A stretch of 64,000 bases of DNA from Selaginella moellendorffii (taxonomy: Eukaryota > Plantae > Lycopodiophyta), in the NCBI RefSeq assembly GCF_000143415.4, contig NW_003314279.1, forward strand, positions 978,091-1,042,090, in the 5' to 3' direction. The notes under the pieces were generated by a model. That model saw only the letters and a program-made list of their open reading frames with translations. It was not told where the DNA came from and did not search any database. The translations under genes and the position numbers were made by a program. Positions 12,527 to 26,539 of this stretch are shown one piece after another. Positions within the stretch are counted from its first letter, which is position 1. Each line of letters begins with the position of its first letter.

Positions 12527-12762
12527 CACAGCACCTATATGTTTTGCGAGTGGGGAGTTCCGGGATAGAACGCCGTAATATCCATAGATCATTGGGAAGC
12601 TTCGAATGAACACCTTGACACTTCCACTAGTGTTTTTAGAGTTTTGGAAACATCCAACTAGATCTATCTCTGGAGAGCTTGTTCTCCTACGATGTCGAAT
12701 TTTAATGGGACTCATCGTTTAATTGTAAAGAAGAGAAAGGAAGGAAGACATACGTCAGTTGT

Positions 12763-15471
<2,709 letters not shown>

Positions 15472-16130
15472 TTTTTAAGATTCTGGAAAAAAAAATTAAA
15501 GTAAACAATGAGATGATGTGTAGAGCAAGAAGTGAGTGACACCTGACACATTGAATGCTGGGGTCAAGCCAGTGCGCCAACGCATCACACAAGGCTTTTA
15601 AACACCGCATTGCAAGCATCAATCGAGAAACGCCGCAAGGATCACGAACCGCAGCAAGAAACAAAGACCATGCCACATATATCACAGCAAGGATAAAAGA
15701 TCTAAAGTGATATCTATGAGCAGAGCAATCTATTGCCTGGATGCCAAATGGAAGATACCTCGGAGGAGCGACGGATTCCGGGCGCGGCACCACGAGATCC
15801 CGAAATATGAGCTGCTAGGTCCGCTACAAGCCAGCGCCTCGCTCCACTCGCCCGGCGCCGATCATCCACAACGCATCAAAGCCCTGGCGATGAAATGCCG
15901 TCTTCTAGGGCAAGCAAAAAGGAGTAGCATCTAGAAAAACACCCGCCACACGATGTTGGAGAGAAGAAACCAATGGCCGCCCTCCGCCAAAAAAGAAAGG
16001 TAGCAAAAACGCGAACCTAGGAAAGAGGACACTTGGCACCACTATGGTTTAGAATCAATCAAGTGTATATAACATGGTTTACTTACAAATATAATGTAGC
16101 GATTGATATTCACACAAGCAAAGAACTTCT

Positions 16131-17420
16131 TTAGAGTGACTCACACTTGGCCTGGACAAACGAGAGCTCGGAGCTCCCGCGATCATACAAGATGTGGTAG
16201 CCCTGCTGCATCACATTCCCAATTATACTCACTGGGAGGCCACTCGCGGAGCCCATGGCCAGGCACACGGTGTCGCCGCTATCGTCCACCACCAAGAAAT
16301 AGTTACTCGACGGCGGCGTCATGGTCGCGCCCGCCAGCCGGATGGTCAACGCCGGGAACTTGTAGTTGCGGTTGGAGGACCGGTCGTAGCAGAGGTCCAG
16401 CCCCATGGACGACCCGTCAACCCTGGGGAGGGTCACCATTGACTCCATCCGGGAGAGCACCCGGCCGTACACCCCGGATGGCACGTACGTCAGCGTCGTC
16501 CCGGAGTCAATGATGGTCGTGCCGGGGCTGCCCATGGTCTGACCGGCGACCGCGATGCCGTTGACCGTGAGCAGGTAGTACGTCGGGTAGGTGTCGCTGG
16601 GCGGGGTGATCTTCGTTGACTGGATGCCGGTGCCGTGCAGCGCCGCCGACGGGCCGAACAGGAGAGGGGAGCTCTCCGATTGGCTGTTGATGTCCACGAG
16701 GCAGTAGGAGAACTTGCTGTCAATGGCGGCGGAGAGCTGCGAGGTCAACGACACGGGACCTTGGCCGAGCCCGACAAGCCCATCCACGCCGTCGAAGCCC
16801 GAGTTGACCATGCCACATCCGACGGCGAAGGACGGGAACTTCTGGCTGCCGTCACTTGTCGTGCCCAGGGAGATGGTGTCGCGCGCGAACTCGCCCTCCG
16901 TCTCGCCGCTGCCATACTCGTACGAGTAGCTGCAGGTGCTGGAGCCGGGCTCGCAGGATCCGGGGAGCTCCGCGCAGAGCTGCGAGGAGCAATCCATCTC
17001 GCGGAAGGTGGACGACTGGCGGGGATCGAAGATGGTGCCGCCCGAGCAGCCCGTGCACGGCTCGGATTGCACCCACACCAGATCGCTGCCCGTGTCCGCG
17101 ATGGCGCGGAACCTCTTGCCCGGCGTGCCCACCGAGATGTCCATCACGTAGCCCCCGCCGTCCGGGTGGAGTGGCGATTCCACGTCCGTGGTGCCGGCCA
17201 TCGACGACCACGAAGACGAATTCGCCCGCGCTGCCATCCATCTCACTCGCGCGTGGCTCTTGGCCACCAGCGCGCGGATCGCCTCGCTCCTCTTGACGCC
17301 CTTGCGCCGCATGGCCTCCTTGGCGGGATGGATGAGATTCACCCGGAAGCCTTGAGCGATGAGCGACGAGTCCAGGAGCAGCATTGCCAGCAGCGGCAGC
17401 GCGATCGAGCGAAAGCCCAT
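16131..17420 (-). CDS. Secreted nepenthesin-like (A1B) aspartic protease, intronless
   Basis: Signal peptide MGFRSIALPLLAMLL; catalytic motifs IADTGSD and IIDSGTT; Cys-rich insert; IIGNVMQQ..ILYD. Confidence 0.95.
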   Translation of the reverse strand: MGFRSIALPLLAMLLLDSSLIAQGFRVNLIHPAKEAMRRKGVKRSEAIRALVAKSHARVRWMAARANSSSWSSMAGTTDVESPLHPDGGGYVMDISVGTPGKRFRAIADTGSDLVWVQSEPCTGCSGGTIFDPRQSSTFREMDCSSQLCAELPGSCEPGSSTCSYSYEYGSGETEGEFARDTISLGTTSDGSQKFPSFAVGCGMVNSGFDGVDGLVGLGQGPVSLTSQLSAAIDSKFSYCLVDINSQSESSPLLFGPSAALHGTGIQSTKITPPSDTYPTYYLLTVNGIAVAGQTMGSPGTTIIDSGTTLTYVPSGVYGRVLSRMESMVTLPRVDGSSMGLDLCYDRSSNRNYKFPALTIRLAGATMTPPSSNYFLVVDDSGDTVCLAMGSASGLPVSIIGNVMQQGYHILYDRGSSELSFVQAKCESL

Positions 17421-17729
17421 TGTCGAGAAAAGTAGGAAGGAAAAGTATGAGCTCTCGCTGCGTTGCTTTTCTCGCCACCCAACAATCAAAGAGGCCCCGA
17501 GCGACTTAAAAAGGAGCCGCCTCCCCGAGCAAGCCGCCCGCTTTCAGGGTGCGTGACCCGAAAGAAGATGACTGCGTAGGTAATCTTTTCTCTTCCCCAA
17601 CTGCGAGCATCAACGTATCGATCGCCCTGTCCACCTTTCGCTCTCCTTCTCGGGCTATTTCCGCGATCACGCTATCGCGAGGAATCCTCGGTGACGTATT
17701 TTCAGTTCCTGGCCAATTATTGAGTCTTA

Positions 17730-18293
17730 GAACATGACAAAAGTGGAAAACCAACAAGAAAAAGAGAAGAAGTTTTTCTATCTTACCTCCTCTCAGCATC
17801 GAGACTCCTCTCCACCCAGTCGCTATTCTGTCCGGAATGCTTGCTTTGAAAGATTCCATGTCGTAGCCACACCAGTGGAATTTGCAAGTCCGATCATCAG
17901 CCAGAGGCATAGCGCCGAGCGGTATGTCGGGAAGAGCATCCCAGCCGAAGGAGAGCTCGTCCGGCTTGCTCTGATCCCACGATGGCATCATCTCGAAGAG
18001 ATCCACTGCTGCGTTGGAGTTTCTGTTGAGAGGGAGCTTGGTGCGAGCATCGAGATGATGTCACGAGCCGGCATGTCGTCGACGCGCGAGAGATGCAAGC
18101 CGCGAGTATCGAGTTGCAGCACCGTTGGCTCCAAGTGGCGTCTTTCAGAGAGCCCTTGCGTGTTGGCTGATCGAAGCATCTGGCGAGAGCGAAGCTGGAG
18201 AGTACAAGCGACGGCCTTCGTGTTCTTGGCGATGATCGCGTCAAACAACACCAAACGGTTTTTCTGAGATCTCAGGACGTCCAGATATTCCTG
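17730..18293 (-). pseudogene. Deleted/frameshifted copy of the PPR gene at 20849-21841
   Basis: Shared segments in broken frames (FDAIIAKNT, SSFALARCFDQPTRKGSL, MPARDII, KPDELSF) with internal deletions. Confidence 0.8.
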
Positions 18294-18908
18294 GCCATTC
18301 TGAAAGATGATAAACCTCAAATTCTGAGAAGGTTCTTGCGGCCGCCCTAGGATCATAGAATCCTTCGATGTGTCGAACCAAGCTGGTTGTAGTCGACCAC
18401 TACAAAATCCAAGATAAACTAAAAATGTGAATGCTATAGCAAGTGATGAACGTGTGTGTGGTTGGGGCCAAAGTCTTTTGGCATTCTCTAAGATGTGAAG
18501 TCCTGCCTCAGAGAGCCTATTCCAAGGATATGATACTGCTTCCAGAGCTGGAGTCAAAGAGAGTGTAGACTATTGGCAAGCCATTACCAAAGTCGACATT
18601 GCCAGAGCATAAAACAGATAATTTTTACTATTTTTTACCAAAGTTTGTATCATTGCCAAAGTATTTTAAATGTTTTAACCTGAAAAAATTAATATAGTTC
18701 ATGTGTTTTTTTTTCCTTATTAAAAGTTAGAAGTATCCATGTAATCATAGCTAATCATTTAGAAAGTGAAATAAAAATTTATTATGCGTCAAACAATGAT
18801 GATATTGTCTTTACATAATAATGAAAATTTATCTTGGGAGTTCACATCTCATTATTTTCTTCATACTTTATTTTAGTGTGCTATACATAAAGATAATGTT
18901 TGGGTAGA

Positions 18909-19258
18909 CTTTGAATGCTTATGATTTTAGATTTGATACACAGTTAAATAAAATAGAAATTGGTGTTTACAGTGAAGGAATATTAAAATATAAGATGCAT
19001 TAAAATTAGATCATTTTGTATAATAATACCTTTGACTTGATTTGGAATGTTATATTTCACATAATAAAATCTTTTTGATATCTCTCTAATATATAAAGAG
19101 ATTTGTTGTTTGTGTATCAACTGAGGGTTGGGGGTGGCTACTCAATATCTCCCAAGCATCAAATGGGGTAGTGGCATTCTAAATTATATATGAATTATTC
19201 ACTGTGGGACTGTAGTATTGGCAATAAAATGATGGTTTATACAATAAGATGATTAATA

Positions 19259-19325
<67 letters not shown>

Positions 19326-19697
19326 TTTTAAATAGGGTGTACCAACAAAAACTACTAGAATAGCCATCTCTACATCCATTCCAAAAGTAATTTTCAAATT
19401 TTCAAATTTACTACTTAAAAGAAAAATTAACTATTAGTGTCGTTGACTCCAATTCTATCTTTGATGCTTGGGGGATATCCCAACGCTCAGTTCATACACA
19501 AACAACAAATCTCTTTACATATCAGAGAGATAAAAATGGATTTTATTATATGAGAAAATATAAAATTCCAAATCAAACCAAAGATACTATTATATAAAAT
19601 TTATCTAATTTTAATGTCTTATTTTAAATATTCGTTCACTGACTTTCTATTTTACTTAAACATGCATATCATATCTAAAATCATAAGCATCCCAAAG
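18909..19697. repeat. Imperfect long inverted repeat (fold-back/MITE-like): arms ~18909-19163 and ~19460-19697
   Basis: AAAGAGATTTGTTGTTTGTGTAT (left) vs ATACACAAACAACAAATCTCTTT (right); CCCAAGCATCAAA vs TTTGATGCTTGGG; ATGCTTATGATTTTAGAT vs ATCTAAAATCATAAGCAT. Confidence 0.85.
19261..19323. repeat. (AT)n microsatellite in the loop of the inverted repeat
   Basis: About 31 perfect AT units. Confidence 0.97.
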
Positions 19698-20649
19698 ATT
19701 TGAAGACTCTTGGATGAACACTCCAGCCCCATGAGTTCTATTGCAATGGAGAAACATTACCTACACCATGTAGCATGTCAAGAATGTCAGGATGCTTCTT
19801 TGGCAGGATTAAGCCAATGAGTCCAAGAAAAACAACAATACCTATTTCTGGTCGTGAGGACCTATGAAGGGCATCCTATAGTGTGGAGTTAAGGGCTTGT
19901 GGCATGAAGTCACGGAGGCTTATTGTTGACTTGCAAGATCATAGGTGTTGCCATTGCTGGAGGAAGAGTGGGAGGGTGGTTCTTCGTCCCGTTGCAGTTG
20001 GTACATGTTATGTCTTCAGCACATTGATAGCAAATATAGTTCTCTCAGGGTAACCAACTCCCTCCCAATTACCAGAAGATGATGTTACCTTATGCTATGT
20101 CATCCCATAGATAGGTCAGCAAATAGCACTGGAATTTAACCCTTTGAAGCCACCACTTGAGTGACTCAAGATCCATCCCTAGGTTTGTGCATATTAAATC
20201 AAGGACATTATATTGTGTTTTTCATACTTACGAGAGCACATTTGGTAATCCAGCCCCCAAACCTATGTGAGGACAGTGATAACCTTGGTGTGATAGTATT
20301 GTCGACGTGCATGCTTGAGATCACTCTGGAGGGCTGCTTGAATGCATATTCTGTTGTCCCTTTACCTATATGGCTTAAAGGGTTCCGCTTAGATCGCAAA
20401 TAACTTCGAGAAAATAGAATTCACCATCCAGTCTCGAGTGAAATCTTCATCAAGTGCTTGTTAAAAAATCGGGCAGAGCGAGACACAACTTGCCACACGC
20501 TTCAGCTGTGAGACCCCAGGCATCTGTTTGTGTAGGCGGTCATTCGCTGCGAAAATCTGCTGAATGCGTGGGCCTGGGAAGTGGCTGGGCCTCCTACGTG
20601 TTGGGTGTAGATAGTAATCTCCGTGCTGTTTCAACAGCACAAAGATGGG

Positions 20650-20748
20650 CTTAACAGGCTTTTTGAAAGCTTTATGAGGTGCTGTTCGAAGCAGCATTGC
20701 TAGCAACAGTAGCAAGATTGAGCAAAAGTCCATTGTCGAGAAAAGTAT
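20650..20748 (-). pseudogene. 5' remnant of a duplicated aspartic protease gene
   Basis: MDFCSILLLLLAMLL parallels MGFRSIALPLLAMLL; identical context CCATTGTCGAGAAAAGTA at 17417 and 20730; homology ends after the signal peptide. Confidence 0.7.
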
Positions 20749-20848
20749 ATTTTCTCTTCCCCAACTACACCTTCGCTCTCTCTCTTTCAGCGATCTCGGT
20801 GACGTGAATTACAAAAGTGGAAAAATAAAAGAAAGATTTTTTTCTATC

Positions 20849-21841
20849 TTACCTCCTTCCAGCTTCGAGGATTCTCTCCACCCAGTCGCTACTCTCGTCC
20901 GGAATGCTCGCTTTGAAAGGCTCCATGTCGTTTTTCCTCCTGTAGCCACACCGGTGGAACAAGTCCGCCATGCAGCCGTAGTGGAGCTTGACTGGAGCGA
21001 TGTGGTAGTCGCGGATCATCAGCCACAGGCAGCGCCGAGCGGTGTCTCTGGACGAGCATCCCAGCAGGAGTGAGACGAAGGAGAGCTCGTCCGGCTTGCT
21101 TCCATCCAGATCCATCACCCTCCTCAGCTCCATTGCGGTCTTGAAATCTCCCGCGTGACTGTAAGTCGCGAAGATGATGTTCCAGGCCGGGACGTCTCGG
21201 CACGGCATCGAGTTGAAGAGCGCGATCGCCTTGTCGACGTTTCCAGCCCGTGCATGGGCTGCGAGGAGCGCAGTCCACGACACCTGATCCCGCGACGGCA
21301 TTCTCTCGAAGAGATCTGCTGCGCTGTTGAGCGAGCTTGCTGCGAGCATCGAGCTCCAAGAGACGATGTCACGAGCCGGCATCTTGTCGAAGAGTTGCTT
21401 CGCGCGCGAGAGATGCCCGTTCTGGGCATAAGCCGCGAGCATCGAGTTCCAGCACCCTTGGCTCTTGGCACCGCTTTCGAATTTATTCTTGGCGTCCTCC
21501 AGAGAGCCCTTGCGTGTTGGCTGATCGAAGCATCTGGTGAGAGCGAAGCTGGAGAGCACAAGCAACCAGGAGTTGGTGTTCTTGGCGATGATCGCGTCAA
21601 ACACCCGCAGGGAACATTTCAGGCAGCCTCGTTTCCCAAACGCGCGAATCAGATAGTTGCCAAAGTCTGTGTCTCTTAGCTTTGGCTCGATCCTTGCAAT
21701 CCGGCTCCAAACGTTTTCCAGCTGCGGCAAGCTTGTTGAAGATCTGACGAGCTCTTTCCATTCCTCCACGTCCAAAACATACCTGAGAGACAAGTGCTTA
21801 AGGCCAGTCAGGACGTCCAGGTCGCCCAAAATATTTGTCAT
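20849..21841 (-). CDS. PLS-class pentatricopeptide repeat protein, short and possibly decaying
   Basis: Repeated motifs GNYLIRAFGKRG, WNSMLAAYAQNGHLSRAKQLFDKMPARDIVSW, RDQVSWTALL, KPDELSFVSLL, HYGCMADL. The ORF start is a non-ATG codon and the C-terminus is truncated. Confidence 0.7.
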   Translation of the reverse strand: MTNILGDLDVLTGLKHLSLRYVLDVEEWKELVRSSTSLPQLENVWSRIARIEPKLRDTDFGNYLIRAFGKRGCLKCSLRVFDAIIAKNTNSWLLVLSSFALTRCFDQPTRKGSLEDAKNKFESGAKSQGCWNSMLAAYAQNGHLSRAKQLFDKMPARDIVSWSSMLAASSLNSAADLFERMPSRDQVSWTALLAAHARAGNVDKAIALFNSMPCRDVPAWNIIFATYSHAGDFKTAMELRRVMDLDGSKPDELSFVSLLLGCSSRDTARRCLWLMIRDYHIAPVKLHYGCMADLFHRCGYRRKNDMEPFKASIPDESSDWVERILEAGRR

Positions 21842-22123
21842 CTTTCCGGGTCATTCTCCTCACACTGGACTTCTACCTGTTCGTCGACTGAAATAGCCTC
21901 CGAGAAACGAGCTTTTATAGAAAATTCTTGTGAGTTCAAAATATTCCACATTTAAAAAGATAATGTTTCGGATGCTTATAATAATAGCAAATGTCAAATA
22001 GAAATTGGTATTGAATATTAGAGAAGATGCCAATTTAATCTCAAAATAAAATTTATATATGAGAATATAGAAACAAAAAACGGGGAAAGAGGATATATCT
22101 TACCACCAAAGAACTTCTCAAGC

Positions 22124-23785
22124 CTAGAACTCGTCATCTGTGCTGTTTTCTACTTGTTCATTACCATTGTGGTCAGACTCGTCGTCTGAAATAACCTCCG
22201 AGACGTCCTGGAGAAGCTGTTTATGATCACAGCAGACGAAAAATATAAAATCCTAGCTACCTTTGAAGGTGAGTGGCGAGCCTGGTTAAAGTTGAAAGAG
22301 GTCTCTTGTGGATTGGCAACAGTGTTCCCCGTCTCAGCTATTAGTGCAAAAGAGAGCTTTGAGTCGCTCCAAGAGAGCTTGCTTAGTTCCACATTATCCT
22401 TGTTATTTCCACTCACTTCCTCTCCTCGAAGGATTTGTAAGTTCTGTAGCAAGCCGAAGTAAGAATAAGACAATCGAAACCTTGACACTTATCACCTCGT
22501 CTTGCAATTGTTGTTGGAGACGCTTCATCATAGCAAACGATTCTTGTAGTTTTTCCTGCTCTTCTTGATTGTGTGTTTCTAGTTGACTCTCTAGCCATCG
22601 TAGATTGTGGAATTTCTCGAGATAAACACCAAAAAGGCGCTGGAGCTCACTTTGGAGCACTTCGTACTCGTCAAGATATGCTGGCCTGTTCATAAAACGC
22701 AAACACAATGAGAGCTCTCCAAAAGGTTTCAATGTTATCGATACCTGACGTTTTCAAGCACTGATAGGCGCTTTTTGCACCGCTCAAGCTCCACTTTTCG
22801 TTTCTCATGTGTTATACTCAGTGATTTTTCATCCTTTTCGCAGCTATGCTGTTGCTGCTCAACCGAAGAAACTGTTTGCAGCAAACTGTCAGTGCCTTCT
22901 CTAACCAAATTCTCAATCTGCTCAATGTCAGTGTTTGTCGAAGCAGCCATGTTTCGCTCTCCCTATCGCAGCATCAATCCCAAAAGTTACAAAAGCAAAA
23001 CCACAAGTTTATATCTACCTGAAGCTGCATTTCGGTCGCCAAATCGTCGTATAGCGTTGCTCCAGCCTTGATGATCTCTAGAACAAGTGATCGAGCTGCT
23101 TTCACATCAAATGCCCGTTTGAAGAGTGTTGTCTCTGGCAACTGCATAACCCAATGGAGAAAACATCACGAGGAAAAGAAAAACAAAATTCTCACACACC
23201 TTTTCAGAAGAAGCTGATGCAATGGCTTGTTCAAGCAATGTGGAAACTTGAAGGAGCTCGGCCGTAGCATTGCTATCAGCCATATATAAACTTCGCAAAT
23301 TCAGCTTCATCCTGGTCTTGAGAAACTAAGATCCATCAAAACAAAAAACTTAGAAAAGAACTTGGAAAGGAAAGAGAGAGAAATAATCGGATTTTACTCC
23401 TTTAATCGATCGAGCAGTGACGATGAATCACCATGAACCGGCCAGCAGACTTGAGAAATGCGATTCGACCCTCTTCCGTCGAAACGTCGCCGTGGAGCTG
23501 GACTTCAGGATCATACCTACAAATTCTATCTTCCAAGAATCCAAAGATTGCCAGATTATTACCTCGGAAGAAGCCAGCGCATACAGCTCGCCACTGTATC
23601 GAAATGTGGAGTCCGGAAGCTCTCCATTGACAGGCCATCGCCCGGATATCCCAGCGATTTCATGGATTCGATGAATTCTGGAGCTCGAAAGAGAGATTTA
23701 GAAGATTTCTCTCGAGAAAGAAGAAGATCGTACTTCGTATCAGGGCGTGAGAACAAGAAGGCACTGTCGCCATCGCCATCGCCAT
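22124..23785 (-). CDS. CLUAP1: Clusterin-associated protein 1 / IFT38 (IFT-B ciliary protein), multi-exon
   Basis: FIESMKSLGYP..LSMESFRTPHFDTVA, RYDP..STEEGRIAFLK, MKLNLRSLYMADS.AT.ELL, KRKVELERCKKRL..L..RPAYLDEYE.LQ.ELQ.LF..YLEKFHNL.WLE; acidic tail ending TDDEF*. Confidence 0.9.
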
Positions 23786-23815
23786 CGCTAGCCCTAAAAC
23801 TTTGCCGCGCTCCAC

Positions 23816-23842
23816 ATCCAACGGCCCAAGATCCAACGGTGG
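23816..23842 (+). promoter_or_regulatory. Tandem ATCCAACGG (MSA-like, MYB3R-type core) motifs upstream of CLUAP1
   Basis: ATCCAACGGCCC and ATCCAACGGTGG. Both ATCCAACGG cores are retained in the duplicate at ~36956-36982. Confidence 0.4.
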
Positions 23843-23869
23843 GGATCCGCTCGCGGCGTCGATCGATCG

Positions 23870-24112
23870 CGTCACGTAATAATTTATTCTTTCTCTGTGA
23901 TCTGCTATGGATCTCGCCGATCTTGATTGCGGAGAGCGCTTCCCACAGGAAGTGTAATCGCTTTCGGCCATAAGATCCTCACTTTCTTGATAGGCCGTAG
24001 AACACCCAGAGCAAGCAGTTGAAAAGCGTCGCGACATAAGGGCTCGAGAAGTCACCCGTAGTGTGGTTCTTGACGATCTTATGGAAGGTTGGCCTGTCAA
24101 GCCCGTCAAAAG
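23870..24112. pseudogene. Rearranged SWEET pseudogene fragment
   Basis: 23870-23982 matches intron 1/exon 2 of the SWEET at 37103 on +. 23985-24112 is its exon 3 (PTFHKIVKNHTTGDFS.PYVATLFNCLLWVFYGL) on the - strand. Confidence 0.85.
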
Positions 24113-24266
24113 CGTCTAGTAGAAATTTCAATATATGGACATTTTGGATATTTTTTGTCATTTTTTTTCATAATCAACTTGCTTTCCAAGTCAAACTTTG
24201 TAACAAAGCCAAAGTGATGTTTTAAGTGAAGGATTCTCCAAGCAACCAGATCGTCCAAGAAACTCC

Positions 24267-25184
24267 ATGGGATGGAAAGTAGTGCTGTTGAAAATCTTTT
24301 GCCTTTATGGGTGCTCATGCATGCGCTTTGACGAGGCATCTATACCAGGTAGGCTCAACCTCCAGCAAGCCGTCACCATGGAGATCCGCATTCGCTCCTT
24401 CATCAGAATTAATATTCAACCAGATATATTTTATAATTCGCAGTCATGGGGAGAAACTCTCCAAATTGATACTGACAATTTTTGCATTGTAAGGCTAACA
24501 CTCTTCACCATGGAATCAGATGGAAGTTGTAGCCTTGGACCCTCCCCAATGAGACTCCGGGGATCTTCTCTCATACAAATAAGTGATTATCTGGTTGATC
24601 GAATTGGAGAAGCAGCTCGCATATATGGCTATGGTCGCATTATGGCCGTCTCAGGACTTCTAAGCATTGATTATCGGATTTACTCCACATCCCTGCCACA
24701 AGCGACACATATTAGTCAACCTTTAGAGATTGTCCTCAATATTAATCCTTCCAACTCAACTCTTAACTCTACTCGAGAGTTGTATGGCCAAAATGAGTGC
24801 TATGCTTTTCGCTCTGGAATGGTGAGTGGAGAGCGAGGAGCGCTTGGATCTGACCTCTACAGCGGCTCTCGTCTTGTGTCTCCCAACGGCTTCTACGAGC
24901 TCGTTTTGAAAAACGACTGTAACTTGGTGCTATTAGCGATGGGATGGAAAGAGCTTTGGTCGAGTTCCACAGCTGGAAAAGGTGTTAGATGTGTACTCAC
25001 TCTCCAGAGGGATGGGAACTTGGTGCTCTTAGGAGGAGATGGAAGAGGTATCTTTGCATCAAACATTTATTGTCAGCCACAGCCTCACTGCATCTTTGGA
25101 ACCAATTTGGTGCTTGAAAATAGTGGATCCGTTTCAATCTATCGTGCCTCCGGGCCTATGCTTCTCTTATGGCGACGGCCATGA
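24267..25184 (+). CDS. Secreted protein: unrecognised N-terminal domain + C-terminal bulb-type (GNA/B-) lectin domain, copy 1
   Basis: Intronless 305-aa ORF with signal-like N-terminus. B-lectin motifs LYSGSRLVSPNGFYELVL..DCNLVL, LWSSST.GKG..C.LTLQRDGNLVL, LVLENSGSVSIY..LW. Confidence 0.85.
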   Translation: MGWKVVLLKIFCLYGCSCMRFDEASIPGRLNLQQAVTMEIRIRSFIRINIQPDIFYNSQSWGETLQIDTDNFCIVRLTLFTMESDGSCSLGPSPMRLRGSSLIQISDYLVDRIGEAARIYGYGRIMAVSGLLSIDYRIYSTSLPQATHISQPLEIVLNINPSNSTLNSTRELYGQNECYAFRSGMVSGERGALGSDLYSGSRLVSPNGFYELVLKNDCNLVLLAMGWKELWSSSTAGKGVRCVLTLQRDGNLVLLGGDGRGIFASNIYCQPQPHCIFGTNLVLENSGSVSIYRASGPMLLLWRRP

Positions 25185-25559
25185 AAGCGGCCAAGCAATG
25201 AATAAAAGCTTCTTGATCCAGCTCATACCGCAGCAAGAGAAGAGTTCCAAGCTTCAGAGATTGTCCACAGGTAACCGTAGCAAGGCTCGCAACACGGGTG
25301 ATCCAGAGTGCTCTGAGTTCATAGCGACCACTGGGTTATGAAGATATATAAATTTCTGGTTTAAAAGAAGTTTGAGAATATTCTGAGAATATTACTTTTT
25401 GGTGTTTATAATGTTTAAAATCCTCAAATTCAAAAAAATTGGATTCCCTCCCTAAGTCCTACAATTCTTTCTAATTGTTCAAGTAATCATGCGGTCCATT
25501 GAATGTCTTGTTCCTGGTTGCTCTCAACGTGTGTGGGATCCTCAAGCAATGGGACCAGG

Positions 25560-25800
25560 ATTCAGGATAGGATTCATCACCAGATCCAAGATAAGCTACT
25601 GGAATCTGACTTTGAGATTGGGAATGCCCTTATGAGCATGTAAAGTGTGGAATTTTGGATCTTGTAAAAGAGCTTTTTGACTGATTGGAGGAAGAATGTT
25701 ATCAACTGGACAATTTTGGTCTAGGTGTTTTTGGAGAATGGCATTTTCGGTGGGTGGATAAAGCCAAAGAGATCTTCAAAAAGATGGTGGACCATTTGTC
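25560..25800 (+). pseudogene. Degenerate PPR fragment
   Basis: Frameshifted reading LLESDFEIGNALMSM..KCGILDLVKELFD..NVINWTILV..DKAKEIFKKM with stop codons. Confidence 0.6.
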
Positions 25801-26539
25801 ACATGTGATAGAATGTTAGAGTGCAATACTAGTGCTCTAAAAAGGCTCTTATGTTTCTTTAACCTATCCAGGGTGGATTGCATTATATTTGGGTTCTTGA
25901 TTTACTTAAGTCTTCATTAAAAAAGGTTTTAAAGAAAATTTTGAATACAATACACAGCAATATAATTTATATTACCTACATCTTTCTGGATAATTTGAAA
26001 TCATGCATAATTGCACAAAGCATAAAACCATATCTAAATTATTGAATTTATAAAATTAACAAAATAACTCATAATTTTGCATTAAGTATAAAGAACTAAT
26101 ATTACAAATTATTTAAATAATTGAAATCATTCATAGAATTATAATTTCCAAGGAAATCAATTCCATTTTTCTTTTATTGAATCATAAGCTATACATACTA
26201 TTATTATTTTATAAAATTGCATAAAAAATATATTAGATTTATATAAATTATTTAAAATAAATACAAAAATAAAACTATTAAGTTTATTTTTCAACTTTAA
26301 AATGATATAAAAACTGCAATTATTGGTTTTAAACTAGTTTTATCTAAATAAAACAAGCGTAAAAATCCATACAACATCATTTCATATGACTATTAACCTA
26401 CTCTTTCAATTAGATAAGACAAATTTGCATGATTCTATAAATGATATTACGTAATTTGCATGATTGTATGCATAATTTTGTAAATCACATAATTCTATTC
26501 TAACTAGAAATGTTTATTTAATGAAGGTTTTTGTTCATT

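Noticed and set aside
19700-20640. Possible TE or gene relic between the fold-back and the protease stub
   Set aside because: No motif identified in the frames I translated; left unannotated.
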